A DNA stretch of 64,000 nucleotides from Mobula hypostoma (lineage: Eukaryota): NCBI RefSeq assembly GCF_963921235.1, contig NC_086097.1:74896001-74960000 (forward strand), in the 5' to 3' direction. The translations under genes were made by a program, and so were the position numbers. Positions 40,241 through 53,139 of the stretch are shown here, piece by piece; positions within the stretch are counted from its first letter, which is position 1; every line of letters starts with the position of its first letter. The notes beneath the pieces were generated by a model. It ran no database searches and was not told where the DNA came from. It saw only the letters and a list, made by a program, of their open reading frames with translations.

Positions 40241-41411
40241 TGTCATAAGGAGGGCGCTGACAGTGGACCCAAATGCAAGACACAGACACTGAAGTACTAG
40301 GAACAGGACAGAACTAGAGACTAGAGTTAGGGATGGGAGTGGATGCAGTCTAGGAGCTGGGACAAGAACACAGACTTGGGCTAGGACATAGGCTAGGAAA
40401 CCTGGGTCCTGACTCAGGCTTGGACCCCATGATGAGGCTTCGGTTCCCCGAGGCAAGGATGTGATGAGGCTTCGGTTCGGACTGCGAACCAGAGACTGGA
40501 CAAGGACCCAGAACCTGGGTCTTGACTCTGGCTCGGACTCCAGAACTAGGCAAAGACATGATGTGGTCTTGGGAGACAGGACTAGGCGAGGCTACAGGAC
40601 AGAACGAGAACATGAAGCCTTGAATTGGTACTCAGGAACAGCAGAGCCTTGCCTTGGTCTTGGGGAGGACAGGAACACAGAGCCTTGGTCTTGGGGAGGA
40701 CAGGAACACAGAGCCTTGGTCTTGGGGAGGACAGGAACACAGAGCCTTGGTCTTGGGGAGGACAGGAACACAGAGCCTTGGTCTTGGGGAGGACAGGAAC
40801 ACAGAGCCTTGGACTTGAAAGACAGGAACACAGGGACTTGGAACACAGAGCCAGGACCCCTCCTTGGGAACAGGACTTAGGGCCAGGGCCCTACACAAAT
40901 TGCTGAACACAACAAGACAGTTCCCAATACTAGGTAGCAGCAAACAGCCAGATCTACCCAGCAAAGGCATAGACACAGAGACAGTTCCAACTCAATAGAC
41001 AGTTCCTTATCTTGACACAGCAAGGCTCCAATCTCACTCCAGTGGTTGAACTTGACAAGGTTGCAGGCAAGGCTTCAGAAGGAAGGGGAAGGGAACAGTC
41101 CAGCCTCAGGATAACAGCAAAGACAGCCTGGCTTACCCATCAGAGGCAAGGACAGGAAGGGACAGATCCAACCACAGGGTAACAACAAAGGCAGCCTGAC
41201 TTGCCCCACAGAGGCAAGGACAGGATACTGACAAGACAAACCAGCACCCACACCCTAACCTAGGGCTACTTATATTCCCAGCCTGAAGACGAGAATCAGG
41301 TGCCTATGATTAAGCCCTACTGAAACAAGGGACAGCTGGAAGACCTGGAGTCCGGAGTCCACGGACCGGACCGTGAACCGGAACGCAGACTTCAAGGACC
41401 GGACTATGACA
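40241..41411 (-). mobile_element. solo LTR (Gypsy-type)
   Basis: Termini TGTCATA...TATGACA; near-TSD tctcc/tcttc; minus-strand TATA-like aatataagt near 41270; LTR-end-like tgcatttgggtcc. Confidence 0.75.
40651..40805. repeat. 31-bp minisatellite, 5 perfect copies (gccttggtcttggggaggacaggaacacaga)
   Basis: Units start at 40651, 40682, 40713, 40744 and 40775; degenerate units on both sides. Confidence 0.95.
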
Positions 41412-41584
41412 TCTTCCTTGAATGCTATATTCCACCATTAGTCATAGAAACTGTTCAGTTAAATATTGCTCCACTTTACTCCAAGCCTCACATCCACAGG
41501 TTATTCAAAAGTTGCCAACTATGAGATGCCAGACCAGAGCTGATTGCGGACTTCAGAAGGGGTAAGATGAGGTAACACAAACTA

Positions 41585-42150
41585 GTCCTCATAGAGAGAT
41601 CAGAAGTACAGAGAGTGGGCAATTTCAAGTTTCAAGTTTCAAGTTTCTGAGTTTCCAATTTCTGAGTGTCAAGATCTCTGAGGATCTAACCTGGTCCCAA
41701 CATATTAATGCAGCAATAAAGAAAGCAAGCCAGTGGCAAAACTTCATTTGGAGTTTGAGGAGATTTGGTTTGTCACCAAAAATACTTGAAAACTTTTGTA
41801 GATGTACTGTGGAGAGCATTCAGACAGGCTCATCACTGTCTGGTGTAGGGGAGGAAGGCTACTGCACAGGATCAAAAGAAGCTCTGTAAAGTTGTAAAAT
41901 TAGTCAGCTACATCTTGGGTACTAGCCTCTGTAGTATCCAAGACATTTTCAATGAGTGGTGCCTCAGAGAGGCAGCGCCCATCATTAATGATCCCAATCA
42001 CACAGGACATGCTCTCTTCTCATTGTTACCATCAGGAAGGAGGTACAGAAGCCTGAAGACACACACTCAGTGATTCAGGAACAGCTTCTTCCCCTCTGCC
42101 ATCTGATTTCTAAATGGACATTGAACCCATGAACACTACCTCACTTTTTT
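41585..42150 (+). mobile_element. Rex1-type 3' fragment
   Basis: ISEDLTWSQHINAAIKKA and YRSLKTH-type DNA, similar to 18151-19015. Confidence 0.8.
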
Positions 42151-42152
42151 AT

Positions 42153-42220
42153 TACGAGGGGTGATTGATAAATTCGTGGCCTAAGGTAGAAGGAGTCAAT
42201 TTTAGAAAACCTAGCAAATT
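42153..42220. mobile_element. terminal fragment of the mariner-like MITE
   Basis: tacgaggggtgattgataaattcgtggcctaaggtagaaggagtcaatt matches the ends of 53260-53775. Confidence 0.8.
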
Positions 42221-42221
42221 T

Positions 42222-43160
42222 TAAAGTTTCTCAATCCTCTATCTTCCTGCTAATTTTTGCTTTGATATCTGCCACCTCTTTTGCTTTTACGTTAGCTTTG
42301 ACTTCCCTTCTCAACCACGCTTCTATTATTTTGCCATTTGAGTATTTCTTCAGTTTTGGAATTCATCTATCCTGCACCTTCCTCATTTTTCCTAGAAACT
42401 CACACCATTGCTGCTCTGTTGTCATCCCTGCCAGCATCTCCTTCCAATTTACTTTAGCCAACTCCTTTCTCATACCACTGTAATTTCCTTTACTCCATGT
42501 CAGACTTTACTTTCTCCCTATTAAATTTCAAGTTGAACTCAATCATATTGTGATCACTGCCTCCTAAGGGTTCTTTTACCTTAAGCTCCCTAATCATCTC
42601 CAGTTCATTACATAACACCAATCCAGTATAGCTGATCCCCTAGTAGGCTCAATGACAAACTGCTCTCAAAATCTGTCTTGTAGGCATTCAACAAACTCGC
42701 TCTCTTGAGATACATTAAAACCTGATTTTCCCAATCGACCTGCATGTTGAAGTCTCCCATGACTATCATAACATTGCCCTTCTGACACACCTTTTCTATT
42801 TTCCATTGTAATCTGTGGTCCACATCCCAGCTACAATTGGGAGGCATGTATATATCTGCCATCAGGGTCCTTTTACCCTTGCAGTTTCTTAACTCAACCC
42901 ACAAGGATTCAACAACTTCTGAGCCAATGTCACATCTTTCTGCTGATTTGATGCCATTCTTTACCAGCAGAGCCACACCACCCCCTCTACCTACCTTCCT
43001 ATCCTTCCAATACAATGTGTGACCTTGGACATTCAGCTCCCAATTATATCCATCCTTCAGCTATGATTCAGTGATGGCCACAACATCATGTCTGACAATC
43101 TGTTAAAGTGTAACAAGATCATCCACCTTATTTCTTATACTCCCTGTATTGAGATGTAAT
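42222..43160 (-). mobile_element. CR1 endonuclease-region fragment
   Basis: KDRKVGRGGGVALLVK...VMGDFN (ORF 42608-43015). Confidence 0.88.
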
Positions 43161-44511
43161 GCTGTAACTGATTGATTTATTTAGTTTCTATATTTATCAT
43201 GTACAGTATTGCATTGTACTGCTGAGGCTAAGTTAACAAGTTTCATGACATATGCTGGTGATCTTAAACCTGATCCCGATTCATTACACAACACTCACTA
43301 GACCTATCCCCTATCCTTTTTGGAACATGGCTCATAATTAGAGAGAGAAGCAGCAATACAGCTAATTTGCAATATGTGGACAGTGGTGAGCCTAGTCCCA
43401 AAAAGATCATGATATGCTTGTATTGATTTTTCTGTCCTACTCCAATATCCTCCTGAAACTACAATTTCTTCTGATTTTAAAGGTGCATTGAATGTAAGAC
43501 GCCTCATTGTTTTGGATATTGAGACAGGTTTATTCAACAACTTTAGAGTAGAAGACCTCTGAGAAACATTGTTTCTGGTATGATAGAAGCTTGTATTCTG
43601 TTTGAGAAATGAAACTTAGTATAGAAACAGTTGTGTTTAACTTAAATAAAGGGAGCTGTGGAAAGTCTGATCAGTTTGATCCAATTGAATGCGGAAGCAG
43701 ACTTGAATGGCATTCTCCTCTTTCTACTTGTTATGGTCTTAAAAGCCAGCCAATTTGCATTGTGCATTCACAGATTTTTCACGCCTTTGTCTGTTTTAGA
43801 TCTGCTACGCAGTTCTGCCACAGTGTTTGCAAAGTGGAACTTCGTTTGCGTGCAGGTGAAGAATACTGCAGGAACAATTTAAGTATCCCCGGGCTTTTAC
43901 AGACAGTATATTCTGGGCCAGATGACCAAATGCCAAGAAGAGCATTAGCTTTACTGACATGGCACGATCACGAATTTTGAAAGGGCTCTTGATCTGAGAC
44001 ATACAGAGAAGATGCCACTCTACTGAAATGGTGCCTCTGCGGGCCTGTTGGAAAGCTGTCTTGTTGACTGGTGAACAATCCTGAAAGCTCTTCTGAAGAT
44101 TCAAACCCATGCCCATAATGGCAAGTGTGTGAACCTCAAAAGCAGCAGACTGCATGACAAATGTTTGAGTTTCTACTGAATAATTCAAATGTTGGCTGTG
44201 CTCTGCTGATGTTAGGTGATATTTTCACCACCAGATTCCATGTAATGGTTGAGATTGCAGTGTGCCCATGGAGTTGCTGAGTATGGATATGAAGCTTTGC
44301 AAAAGGACCTAAGCAAGGTTGTGTCTGATTTTTCCATGCTCCCTAAGACTGCATGCAGACATTCTGCCATGCTTGCCACAGACAATTCCTGCACAAACTT
44401 CCTTCCTCTGCTGTGCCTAGTAATCACCTCATTCTCTTCCTGCATGATCATTATTCACCTGAAGTATGATTAACTCCCTAGACCTGTTGGCCACGTGCAT
44501 CCATAACATGG

Positions 44512-44820
44512 GTGCTGTTTGGCACAGTAATACAGTGGTGAAGTGTATCACTTTACAGCTTCAGCTGTAAGATCGAAGTTTGTTTCCTACCGCTGTTTCC
44601 CAATGACTGCCTGGGTTTTGTCCAGAATCTCTGGTTTCCTCCCACATTCCAAAGGCGTATGGTTAGGGTTAGGAAGTGTGGCCATGCTACGATGGTGCTG
44701 GACATGTGACGACACTTGTGGGCTGTTCAGCACAATTCTTGCTGGTTTGATTTGATACAAATGACGCATTTCACTGTATGTTTCAATGTATATATGACAA
44801 CCAAATCTAATCTTTAATCT
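44512..44820 (+). mobile_element. tRNA-derived V-SINE/HE1-like SINE
   Basis: V-domain-like ctctggtttcctcccacattccaaag; tail shared with 63047-63375. Confidence 0.75.
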
Positions 44821-45094
44821 AACCTGAGCATCCTGGCGCTCCAGAGTGAATCTATCCATAATTCCATTTGTGTAATGTGATTAGCCAGTAGCTGCAGCTG
44901 GTTACACCTCCTGCACATTTGGTTGCCATTACAAAAGTGATGTATTGAATCATATTTGACCTGCTTTGGTTAATAAATGAGGTCTGGAATTTTAATTTTA
45001 GGTCGGTATTGGTTTTAGCATTATTGCCAAGCAGATTTCATGTTGGCTACTGGCAAGGAAATGTAAGATGTTCCTGCTTTGCTATTCAACTTCT

Positions 45095-45405
45095 TTCAAC
45101 TTCACTTGCCCCATCACTGAACTGTTTCCATAACCTGTGGACTCACTTTCAGGGACTCTTCTCTCACATTCTTGATGTTTATTGCTTATCTATCTATTTA
45201 TTTGTTTGTTTATTATTTTCTATTTTGTATTTTCAAACTTTGTTGTCTTTTGCACATTGGTTGTTTGTCCTGTTGGGTGCGGTCTTTCACTGATTCAGTT
45301 ATGGTTCTTGGATTTACTGAGTATGCCTGCAAGAAAACAAATCTTAGGATTGTATATGCTGACGTATATGTACTTTATAATAAACTTATTTTGAAATTCG
45401 AACTT
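45095..45405 (+). mobile_element. Rex1-type 3' UTR tail
   Basis: Similar to 18740-19015. Confidence 0.75.
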
Positions 45406-45537
45406 TTTATATTAGTTATATGAGTCAACATAATTGAGTGAATCAAAAACAACTGAAAGATTTCTTTGGGATGGGTTTCATTAAATGTTGATGTATACCT
45501 TTACTTATAGCATGTTTGATGGAGAGCACTTGGTAAA

Positions 45538-45576
45538 CACACTCCATACACACACGCATTTACACACAGACACACA

Positions 45577-45631
<55 letters not shown>

Positions 45632-45649
45632 ACGCACATACACACACAC
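45538..45649. repeat. (CA)n microsatellite
   Basis: Direct read. Confidence 0.97.
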
Positions 45650-46339
45650 TGCTCGGCTATTCTGCTGTCACTACACTGAGTGTGCAAACTTCATTGTCTT
45701 CGCTCCTGTATATTCTTATAATGGGTTGGTTTTATGATGCTTTCCTGGCAAAAACAACAAAATATTCCATTTCTTTTGTAATGGGGATGTGTAAATGCGT
45801 ATATATTGTTTGTATCAGTAAATTAAGGTGGATACTTCCATTTATTTTGTAATATGATTGTAACTACATTGTGGGGTGCATGAAATTCTAATTCATGTGT
45901 AATCTTAACTTTGTGGGTAGTTAAAGTTGGTGCGTCCTGGTGCCTGAAAAAACAGGGCGGTTCGCTCTTTGTGGAGAGGCATCGAGCTGCCAGTATTTTA
46001 TACTGGACATGTAGCTATAATATGTTTTCTGGCAGATATATTTTTGCAAATATTGGCAGTTTTCTTTATGCTATTTTCGCTAATTTTTATAAGTTTGATT
46101 TTTGACACAATTAGTAAACATCCTTGCACTAAAGTGCTAAGTAACTCCATCCATAATTTTTCTTCAGTCAAAATCCAGGTATTGTAACACATGGGCGCTG
46201 TTTGCAGAACATACCAGTTTTTTCATTTCCTTGCTGTTTTATTATATGAAAGATGGTGCAGTGCTGTGAGGATAACCATATCTTCCATGTTTGCATCTAG
46301 AAGAACTTTAGCTGCAAGTTGAAGAAATGTGTAGGAGAA

Positions 46340-48200
46340 ATAACCATAAGATAGTTGTAACATTAAGGGAGTTTTGGCTCAGAAGAACAAGGAATAGAAT
46401 CAATATAGTTTGAGATAACAATGGATACAAACCATTGGAAGAATTAATTTATAGGCTCCCCAGTAGTACTTGTATGGTAACTGAAGAAGTATTAATCAAG
46501 AAATAAGAAGAAGTTGTAGCAAAGTTCATATATAATTGTGGGGATTTAATTGTCATATAGACTGGGCTAATCAATTTGCGAAGGTAATTTTGAGTTCACA
46601 GAATGCACACAGGTCAGCTTCTTGGAACAGTACATCACAGAATCAATCAGGGAACAGATTATTTTAGATCTTGATGAGCTTAGGAAGACAGAGTTAATTA
46701 GTGACCTTGTAAGGAATCCTGTAAGGAAAAGTGATCATAATATAATTTTATATTCTGCTTGAGTGAGACACAATTCAGTAGTCTTGAGCTTCAAATAAAG
46801 TTGATGATATGAGGGGTACCGGCTGGACTTCGAGTCCAGTGGTCCCAGGTTCGAATCTGGCCGGCTTGTTGCATGCTTTCTATCAGTGCCTGTTTGAGCA
46901 TCAAGCTAGCTACTCGGCCTCGTATAGAGGTTGCCGCGTGATGCACCATAAGGCGCAGAGAGGAATAAGAACAATATGAGGGGTAAACTGTGAAGCTGAA
47001 GGTTAGCCATTGGTTAAGCAGTGATAAAAACTTATATATACTTCATGTTTCCTAGCAACGGTATATTCCATTCATAAATGCAAACTGCAGCTGTCAAATG
47101 ATCCTCTGTGACTAACTAAATGCAAAGGTGCTTCGATTAAAAAAAAGTTACAATTTTGCCAAGAAAATACTAAACCTGATAGCTGGGAAAGTGTAAAAAC
47201 CAACAATGGATGAGGAGACAAATGTTAGAAAAATAATTTAAACAAGTTACATTTGCAAGAAAGGCTTCTATTACTGTACGAGAAAGGAGAAGCAGAGGAA
47301 AGAGAAGTTATAACAGGGAATTAAGAAATGTGAGCAACAATTAAATATTTAGTAACAAAAACAGAAAATATATCTTTGCATCTTTCGACAGTGAAATACA
47401 AAGCTTCTGTTTCAGAGTCAATGACCCTTCATCAGAACTGGAAAAGTGAGAAAATAGGTAGTTAGCTGTAGGCAGTCAAAATCAGGTTTAATGTCACCCA
47501 CACAAGTACAGGTGCGATGAAAGACTTACCTGCAGTAGCATCACAAATGCACAGTGAAGTGAAGGGAATATATGATAAGTTGGAAATCAAGGTTGTCCGG
47601 GTAACGTAATTGCTTTCAGAACCATCCAATAGTTTTTCTCTTTAAAAAATATTTTACATTGATAGAACCGTTTGTGTCACGATAAATCTCCTGGAAGTGC
47701 TGGGAAAATCAAGGACTAAGGAGAGGGTGAAAACGTAAAATGATTTTAGTTAGGCAAGTATTGGATCACTTAAGGAAAGAAGCCAGTAAGTTTGCTGGAC
47801 TGGGTGTGCTATTTCCCAGTGTTTGAAAAGAGGACCACTAATAATGCATTGGTGATTATCTCTCAAATTCTTTAATTTCTAAAATCGCCATTGAAAAAAG
47901 GAGGAAAAATAAAAGTAGGTAATTACATTGTAGATTGTTTATTTTGACACCAGATGGAGAAATTCTAGAATTCTTTATTAAAAATGTTGTAGCTCTTAGA
48001 AAATTATCGTATGGCTAGATAGGGTCAACATGGCTTTAAGTAAAGGAAGGTAATGTTTGATAAATTTTTGAGGATGCCAAATACCTCTGAGAAGAGAGCC
48101 AGTATATTCAAAAAACTTTTACTAGGGAACATTTAAAACTCTGTCACTTGCATCAAGAACCCATGGAGTGGTCAATATATGTATTAGCCTAAACAGAGTA
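46340..48200 (+). mobile_element. highly decayed CR1 ORF2 relic with later insertions
   Basis: DNA remnants of YRLP, IIVGDFN, SDHNII and QHGF motifs. Confidence 0.5.
46819..46973 (+). mobile_element. short SINE with 12-bp TSD
   Basis: TSD atatgaggggta at 46807-46818 and 46974-46985; B-box ggttcgaatct. Confidence 0.8.
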
Positions 48201-48254
48201 TTGATTAAGGAAAAAAAGAAAAAAAGTAGGAATGAAGACCTATTCTTGAGGTTA

Positions 48255-48665
48255 TCGCCATGAAACATTGCCGTAGAAATGCAGCATTGATCATCAAAGA
48301 TCCTCACCACCCAGGCCAGGCTCTTTTCTCACTGCTGCCATCAGGAAGAAGGTACAGGTGCCTCAGGACTTGCACCACCAGGTTCAAGAACAGTTACTAC
48401 CCCTCAACCATCACGCTCTTGAACAAAAGGAAAGGGGATAGCTCCACTCTTTTAAAGACTATTTTATCTTGTTATTTATTGCTATTTACTTATATCTACA
48501 TTTGCACAGTTTGTTTACAGTTTACAGTTCCTGATGTTTACAGTTTACAGATCCTGTTACAGTTACTGTTCTATAGGTTTGCTACGTATGTCCGCAGAAA
48601 AAGAAACTGAGGGTTGTATGTGGTGACATGTATATACTCTGATAATAAATTTTACTTTGAACTTT
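48255..48665 (+). mobile_element. Rex1-type 3' fragment
   Basis: IIKDPHHPG..LFSLLPSGRRYR...TTRFKNSYYP. Confidence 0.85.
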
Positions 48666-50899
48666 GGAAAAGTGACTGGTATATTGGTGTTTATTGCAAG
48701 GGGGTTAGAGCTCCTGTGGCTTTACTGAGATGACAATTGACATATCTGCAAGTATTGTTTCCATATCTTAGGGAAGAAGGGGAGAATGCAATTTAGGTTC
48801 ACTGGATTGAATGCTGGGATATATGGTTTCTCTATGATAGGAGATTAACGTATACTAATTGGAGCTTAGAAGAGTGAGAAGTGATCAAATTAAATAAAGA
48901 TTCTGAGACTGCTTGACAATGTAGGTGTTCAGCGACTGTGGGATCAGCATCAGTCATGTTTGGGATACTTGGGGAAACTCTACATGAGGAATCGATGGCA
49001 AGAATCTGCCTGGATTGCTTCCTCCCTTCCCTTCATCTGCAGCCGCCAATCTCATTAGATATTGACAAGGTTTTACAACATTCAGCAAGTGATAGGAAAG
49101 CCTTTGCATTTCATCTGCCAAACCCTGCATGTTGCTCTAGTTATTTCAGCTTGCCGGTACTTCCTGCTATCAGATCTGACCTTATAGCATGGCATTCATT
49201 GTAGGTTCATTGATTTTATGTATATGTGTTGCACACTGAAGTCAGGAATAGTGTAATTCCCCCACTTCACTTGTCTTTGTGGTTAAAGTATAAATAGGTC
49301 TGTATAATGAAGGCATCATGACTACTACCAACATTCTGGGCATTTATCTGGATGATGGACTGTGTATACCCACACACCAGCTGAATATTAACAGAGAGTG
49401 ATCTACTCCATTTGACATAAGGCATCCATAAAGCAAAACGAATGTGGCTTTGACAGCCTGCACTATGGGAACCCAATCTTTCCAGTGCCAAATGCTTGTT
49501 TTGTCTATTGCTCTTGGGTAGGGAGAGGGCAATGTGCATAATTCTTTTGAAACAGAGAATGTGTATAGTTCTTTTGAAACAGAGGACCTGTGTGATTTAG
49601 AACAGTGAATGGCAAATAGCAAAATTTTGTTGATATCACCAACTTAGAACAAGCCCAATGCATAGTGTCACGATTCACTTCTGTGGGGTGCTTTATAAAG
49701 CTACGTATGATAAGCTCTTTAAGTTCCTGCAATACCAATTAGAATATTGCAACTTTAATGCATTCTGCAATAATGATCATACTTTAAAGTAGGGCTGCCA
49801 TGGAAACTTGGCATCCTTTCTATTGCTGAACATGTGTTTAGATAGAAAGAGTTGAATGTATGGCATAAGATGGAGCAGTGAAATATAATTCATATTGTGA
49901 GCATCCAATCGGTCTGATTTGCAAACTGCTAGTAAATGTTAATGCCCTTCCCAAAATGGCATCTGGTCAAACGTACACTTCTAGCATACATCACACACAG
50001 ATTGATAGAATGGTACAACTTTATCACTCCTAGTGCTTAAACAAGTGCTGTGTAGCTGAATTCTTGAGCACACATGGGTATGAAGTAATGATTTATCTGT
50101 CAGCACTAGCTTATTGGGAGGATTTGACAGCATTCACTCACAGCTATTTCCACTTAATTTTAAATGTTCAAATGTTCAAAGTTGGTGATATATATTGCTA
50201 TTTGCCATTAACTGTTGTATAAGGCAGATTACATAGGTTCTCTATTTGCCATTAAATAAATTAGTGAATTTGAGAGGAAAAAATAAAAAAAGAGTTTTCT
50301 TCTCATTGCGTAAGTTTATTATGCCATCACCTTTGCATTTTAAAATGGGAATTTTTCAAATTACAATACAAAAATATTTGCATTTACATTACAAATTGCT
50401 GACACAGCCAAACTAGTTTTTAAAAACTGCATTTAAGTATCGAAACAATATTATGATCTCAAGTGTCAAAATTTCTCTAAAACACAAGATATGATACTGA
50501 TGAACCTTCTTCTGGTTGTTACAGTCTGATTTTGTATGTGCAGGCTTTGTAATTGTACAGTCAAGATTAATGAATAAATTTATTATTAATTGAAAGCATT
50601 CAATTAAGTGAAATGTTATTAGGTCATTAAATAGCATTGCCTTGCTATGTGCTGCCTTCATGCATTCACAGAAAGAAAGTGGGGAAAAAAGAACTAAAAT
50701 GTCGGTGACAGAGCTTTAGTACTAAAATATTGATTGAAGGGCATAGAAGTATTATATAGCTTCAGTATTTCATGTTTATATGTGTCTAAGATCACAATTT
50801 TCATTTCAGTTGCAGAATTTCAACTAGTCCTGTTGTGCTTCGGTACTTCTATAAGCAAGAGGTATAAATTCTGAAGCAATAACATAAGAAGTAAAAAGA

Positions 50900-51340
50900 A
50901 AAACTTTCATTTACAAAGCATCATCACGTACCTTTCAGAATGATTCAAAGCTTCTTCCAGTCAATTAAGTACCTTCTGATGATAAGTTGCTATCGTAATT
51001 TAGGAAATGCAGCAAACAATCTGCATTCAGCAGCTACCAGAAACCACAATGTTATAATAATGAAATAATCCATTTTACTAATAGCGGTTGTAAGGTAAAC
51101 ATTGGCCAGGATATTCACGATTTTTTTTTTGCTTCACTTTAAAATTATGTCATGCGTATTTTATTTTCACCTTTAGAAAGAGTAGGCAGAATCTTGGTGT
51201 AATGCCTCACATGCTAGGCAGAATATTTGACAGTGCACCATTACTCATTACTGTGCTGATGAATCTGTCCAGATGTTTGTACTACTGTCAATGGAAGGAC
51301 ACTTGAACAAGTAATCTCCTGACTCAGGAATTCTGCAAAC
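50900..51340 (-). mobile_element. ancient DeuSINE (SacSINE1/AmnSINE1-like) relic
   Basis: Reverse complement reads like a Deu domain (tgcactgtc...tgaggcattacaccaag...tcctggccaatgttta) with a tRNA-like head (tgagtcaggagat...gttcaagt). Confidence 0.6.
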
Positions 51341-51769
51341 AATACTTCTCTAATGACTAGCTGAAACTACATGGATCTTTAAACAATTTCCCTGAACTTA
51401 AAGAGCTTGGGGATGAACTAACACAGTACTAAGGATGAAGAAAAGGACTGATTTCTTCAAGAGATGAAAAAAAGAATGATAAACTGATTACGCCTGTGTG
51501 TTGATGAGGAGGTCAGTGCACTTGTTATAAAATTGACACAGGGTCATGTGATCTGTTGATTTAGTTTGTGAAAGAAGGTAGTTTTGCATTAGCAAGCAAC
51601 TATTACATCCAGCTGAAAATTAATTTCCAGCCCATCAAGTGAGTCTTTATGCCTCTCATTAATTCATCCATCCAGCCTATCATCTAAATCAAGGTAATTT
51701 ACACAGGATAATAATTCTGAAGTACTAATCCAAAATTTAGTGAGCTGGAGTGATGAGAGTTGTACTTTT

Positions 51770-52010
51770 TTTTGGAGAAAAATGAACTAATGTGAGACCT
51801 GGCTTCTAAATTCTCCCATTCCCTGTTGTGAGTAACAGTAAAACTAACAGTATGATAATGAAAAAGTGTGTACTGTCAGTGGTATTGCCGTTTAGGTGAG
51901 GCATTAAAACAAGATTCTGCTCACTGTCTTAGATGGAAGTAAAAGATTCCATGTATCTATTTTGAAGTCGAGCAAGAGAATTAATGCCTAATACTCTGGT
52001 GAATTTGAGG
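51770..52010 (+). mobile_element. second DeuSINE-like relic
   Basis: gtactgtcagtggtattgccgtttaggtgaggcattaaaacaagattctgc...gtaaaagattccatg, similar to the inverted copy at 51130-51240. Confidence 0.55.
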
Positions 52011-52024
52011 CTAGTATCTGGCAA

Positions 52025-53080
52025 AAATTTCAAAGTAAATTTATTATCAAAGAACGTATATGTCAGCACTGAGATCAATTTACTTGTGGGCATACTCAAT
52101 AAACTCATAATAGAGAATCAATGAAATACCGCACTGACTTGGGTGTTCAATCAGTGTGCAAAAGGCAACAAGCTGTGCAAATACAAAAAGAAAGAAATAG
52201 TGATAATAAATAAATAAATAAGCAATAAATATCGAGACCATGAGATGAAGGCTCCTTGAAAGCGAGTCCATTGGTTGTGGGAAGATTTCAATGACGGGAC
52301 AAGTGAAGTTGAGTGATGTTTTGTTCAAAAACATGATGGTTAAGGGGTAATAACTTTTCCTGTATTTGGTGGTGTGAGTCCTATACATTCTTGCTAATGG
52401 CAGCAGTGAGAAGAGAGCAGGTCCTGTGTGATTGGGAGGGGGGTCCCTGATGATGGATGCTGCTTTCCTGCATGTAGATGTGCTTGGTGGTGGGAATAGC
52501 TTTACCAGTGATGTGCTGGGCCATATTCCACAACTTTTTGGATGATTTCCTGTTCAATGACATTGGAGTTTCCATATCAGGCTGTGATGCAGCCAGACAA
52601 TATACTTCCCACGATAGAAGTTTGTCAAAGTTTTAGATGCCAAATCTTTACAAATTCCTAAGGAAGTAGAGGCACTGCCGTGCTTTCTTCGCAATTGCAC
52701 TTATGTGCTGAGCCCAGGACAGGTCCCCTGAAATAATAACACTCAGGAATTTAAAGTTGCTGACCCTCTCCATGTCTGATCCTCCGATGAGGCCTGGCTT
52801 ATGGACCTCTGGTTTCCTCCTCCTGAGGTCAATAATCAGCCCCTTGACCTTGTTGACTTTGAGTAAGAGGTTGTTGTTATAGCACCACTCAGCCAGATTT
52901 TCAGTCTCTCTCCTATATGCTCATTCGTCGCCACCTTTGACTCAGCCTACGACAGTGGTGTCGTCAGTAAACTTGAAAAAGTGCATTGGAGCTGTACTTA
53001 GGCACAGAGTCACGAGTGTAAAGCGAGTAGAGCAAGAGGTTAGGCACACAGACTTGTGGTGCATCTGTGATGAAGAAGGT
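52025..53080 (-). mobile_element. Rex1-type LINE fragment
   Basis: Near-colinear with 30635-31860; KFTDDTTVVG remnant near 52945-52975. Confidence 0.85.
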
Positions 53081-53139
53081 CGATCAAATTTGTAGTAAAA
53101 TGTATCAATATTTGTACAAAGATGTTATTAACAGTTTGT

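Noticed and set aside
40651-40805. 31-bp repeats as a CRISPR array, and the overlapping repetitive ORFs
   Set aside because: No spacers; head-to-tail minisatellite inside a vertebrate LTR.
45485-45687. His/Thr- and Cys/Val-rich ORFs
   Set aside because: Translations of the (CA)n microsatellite.
49531-49584. 27-bp tandem duplication
   Set aside because: Two imperfect copies only; an ordinary local duplication.
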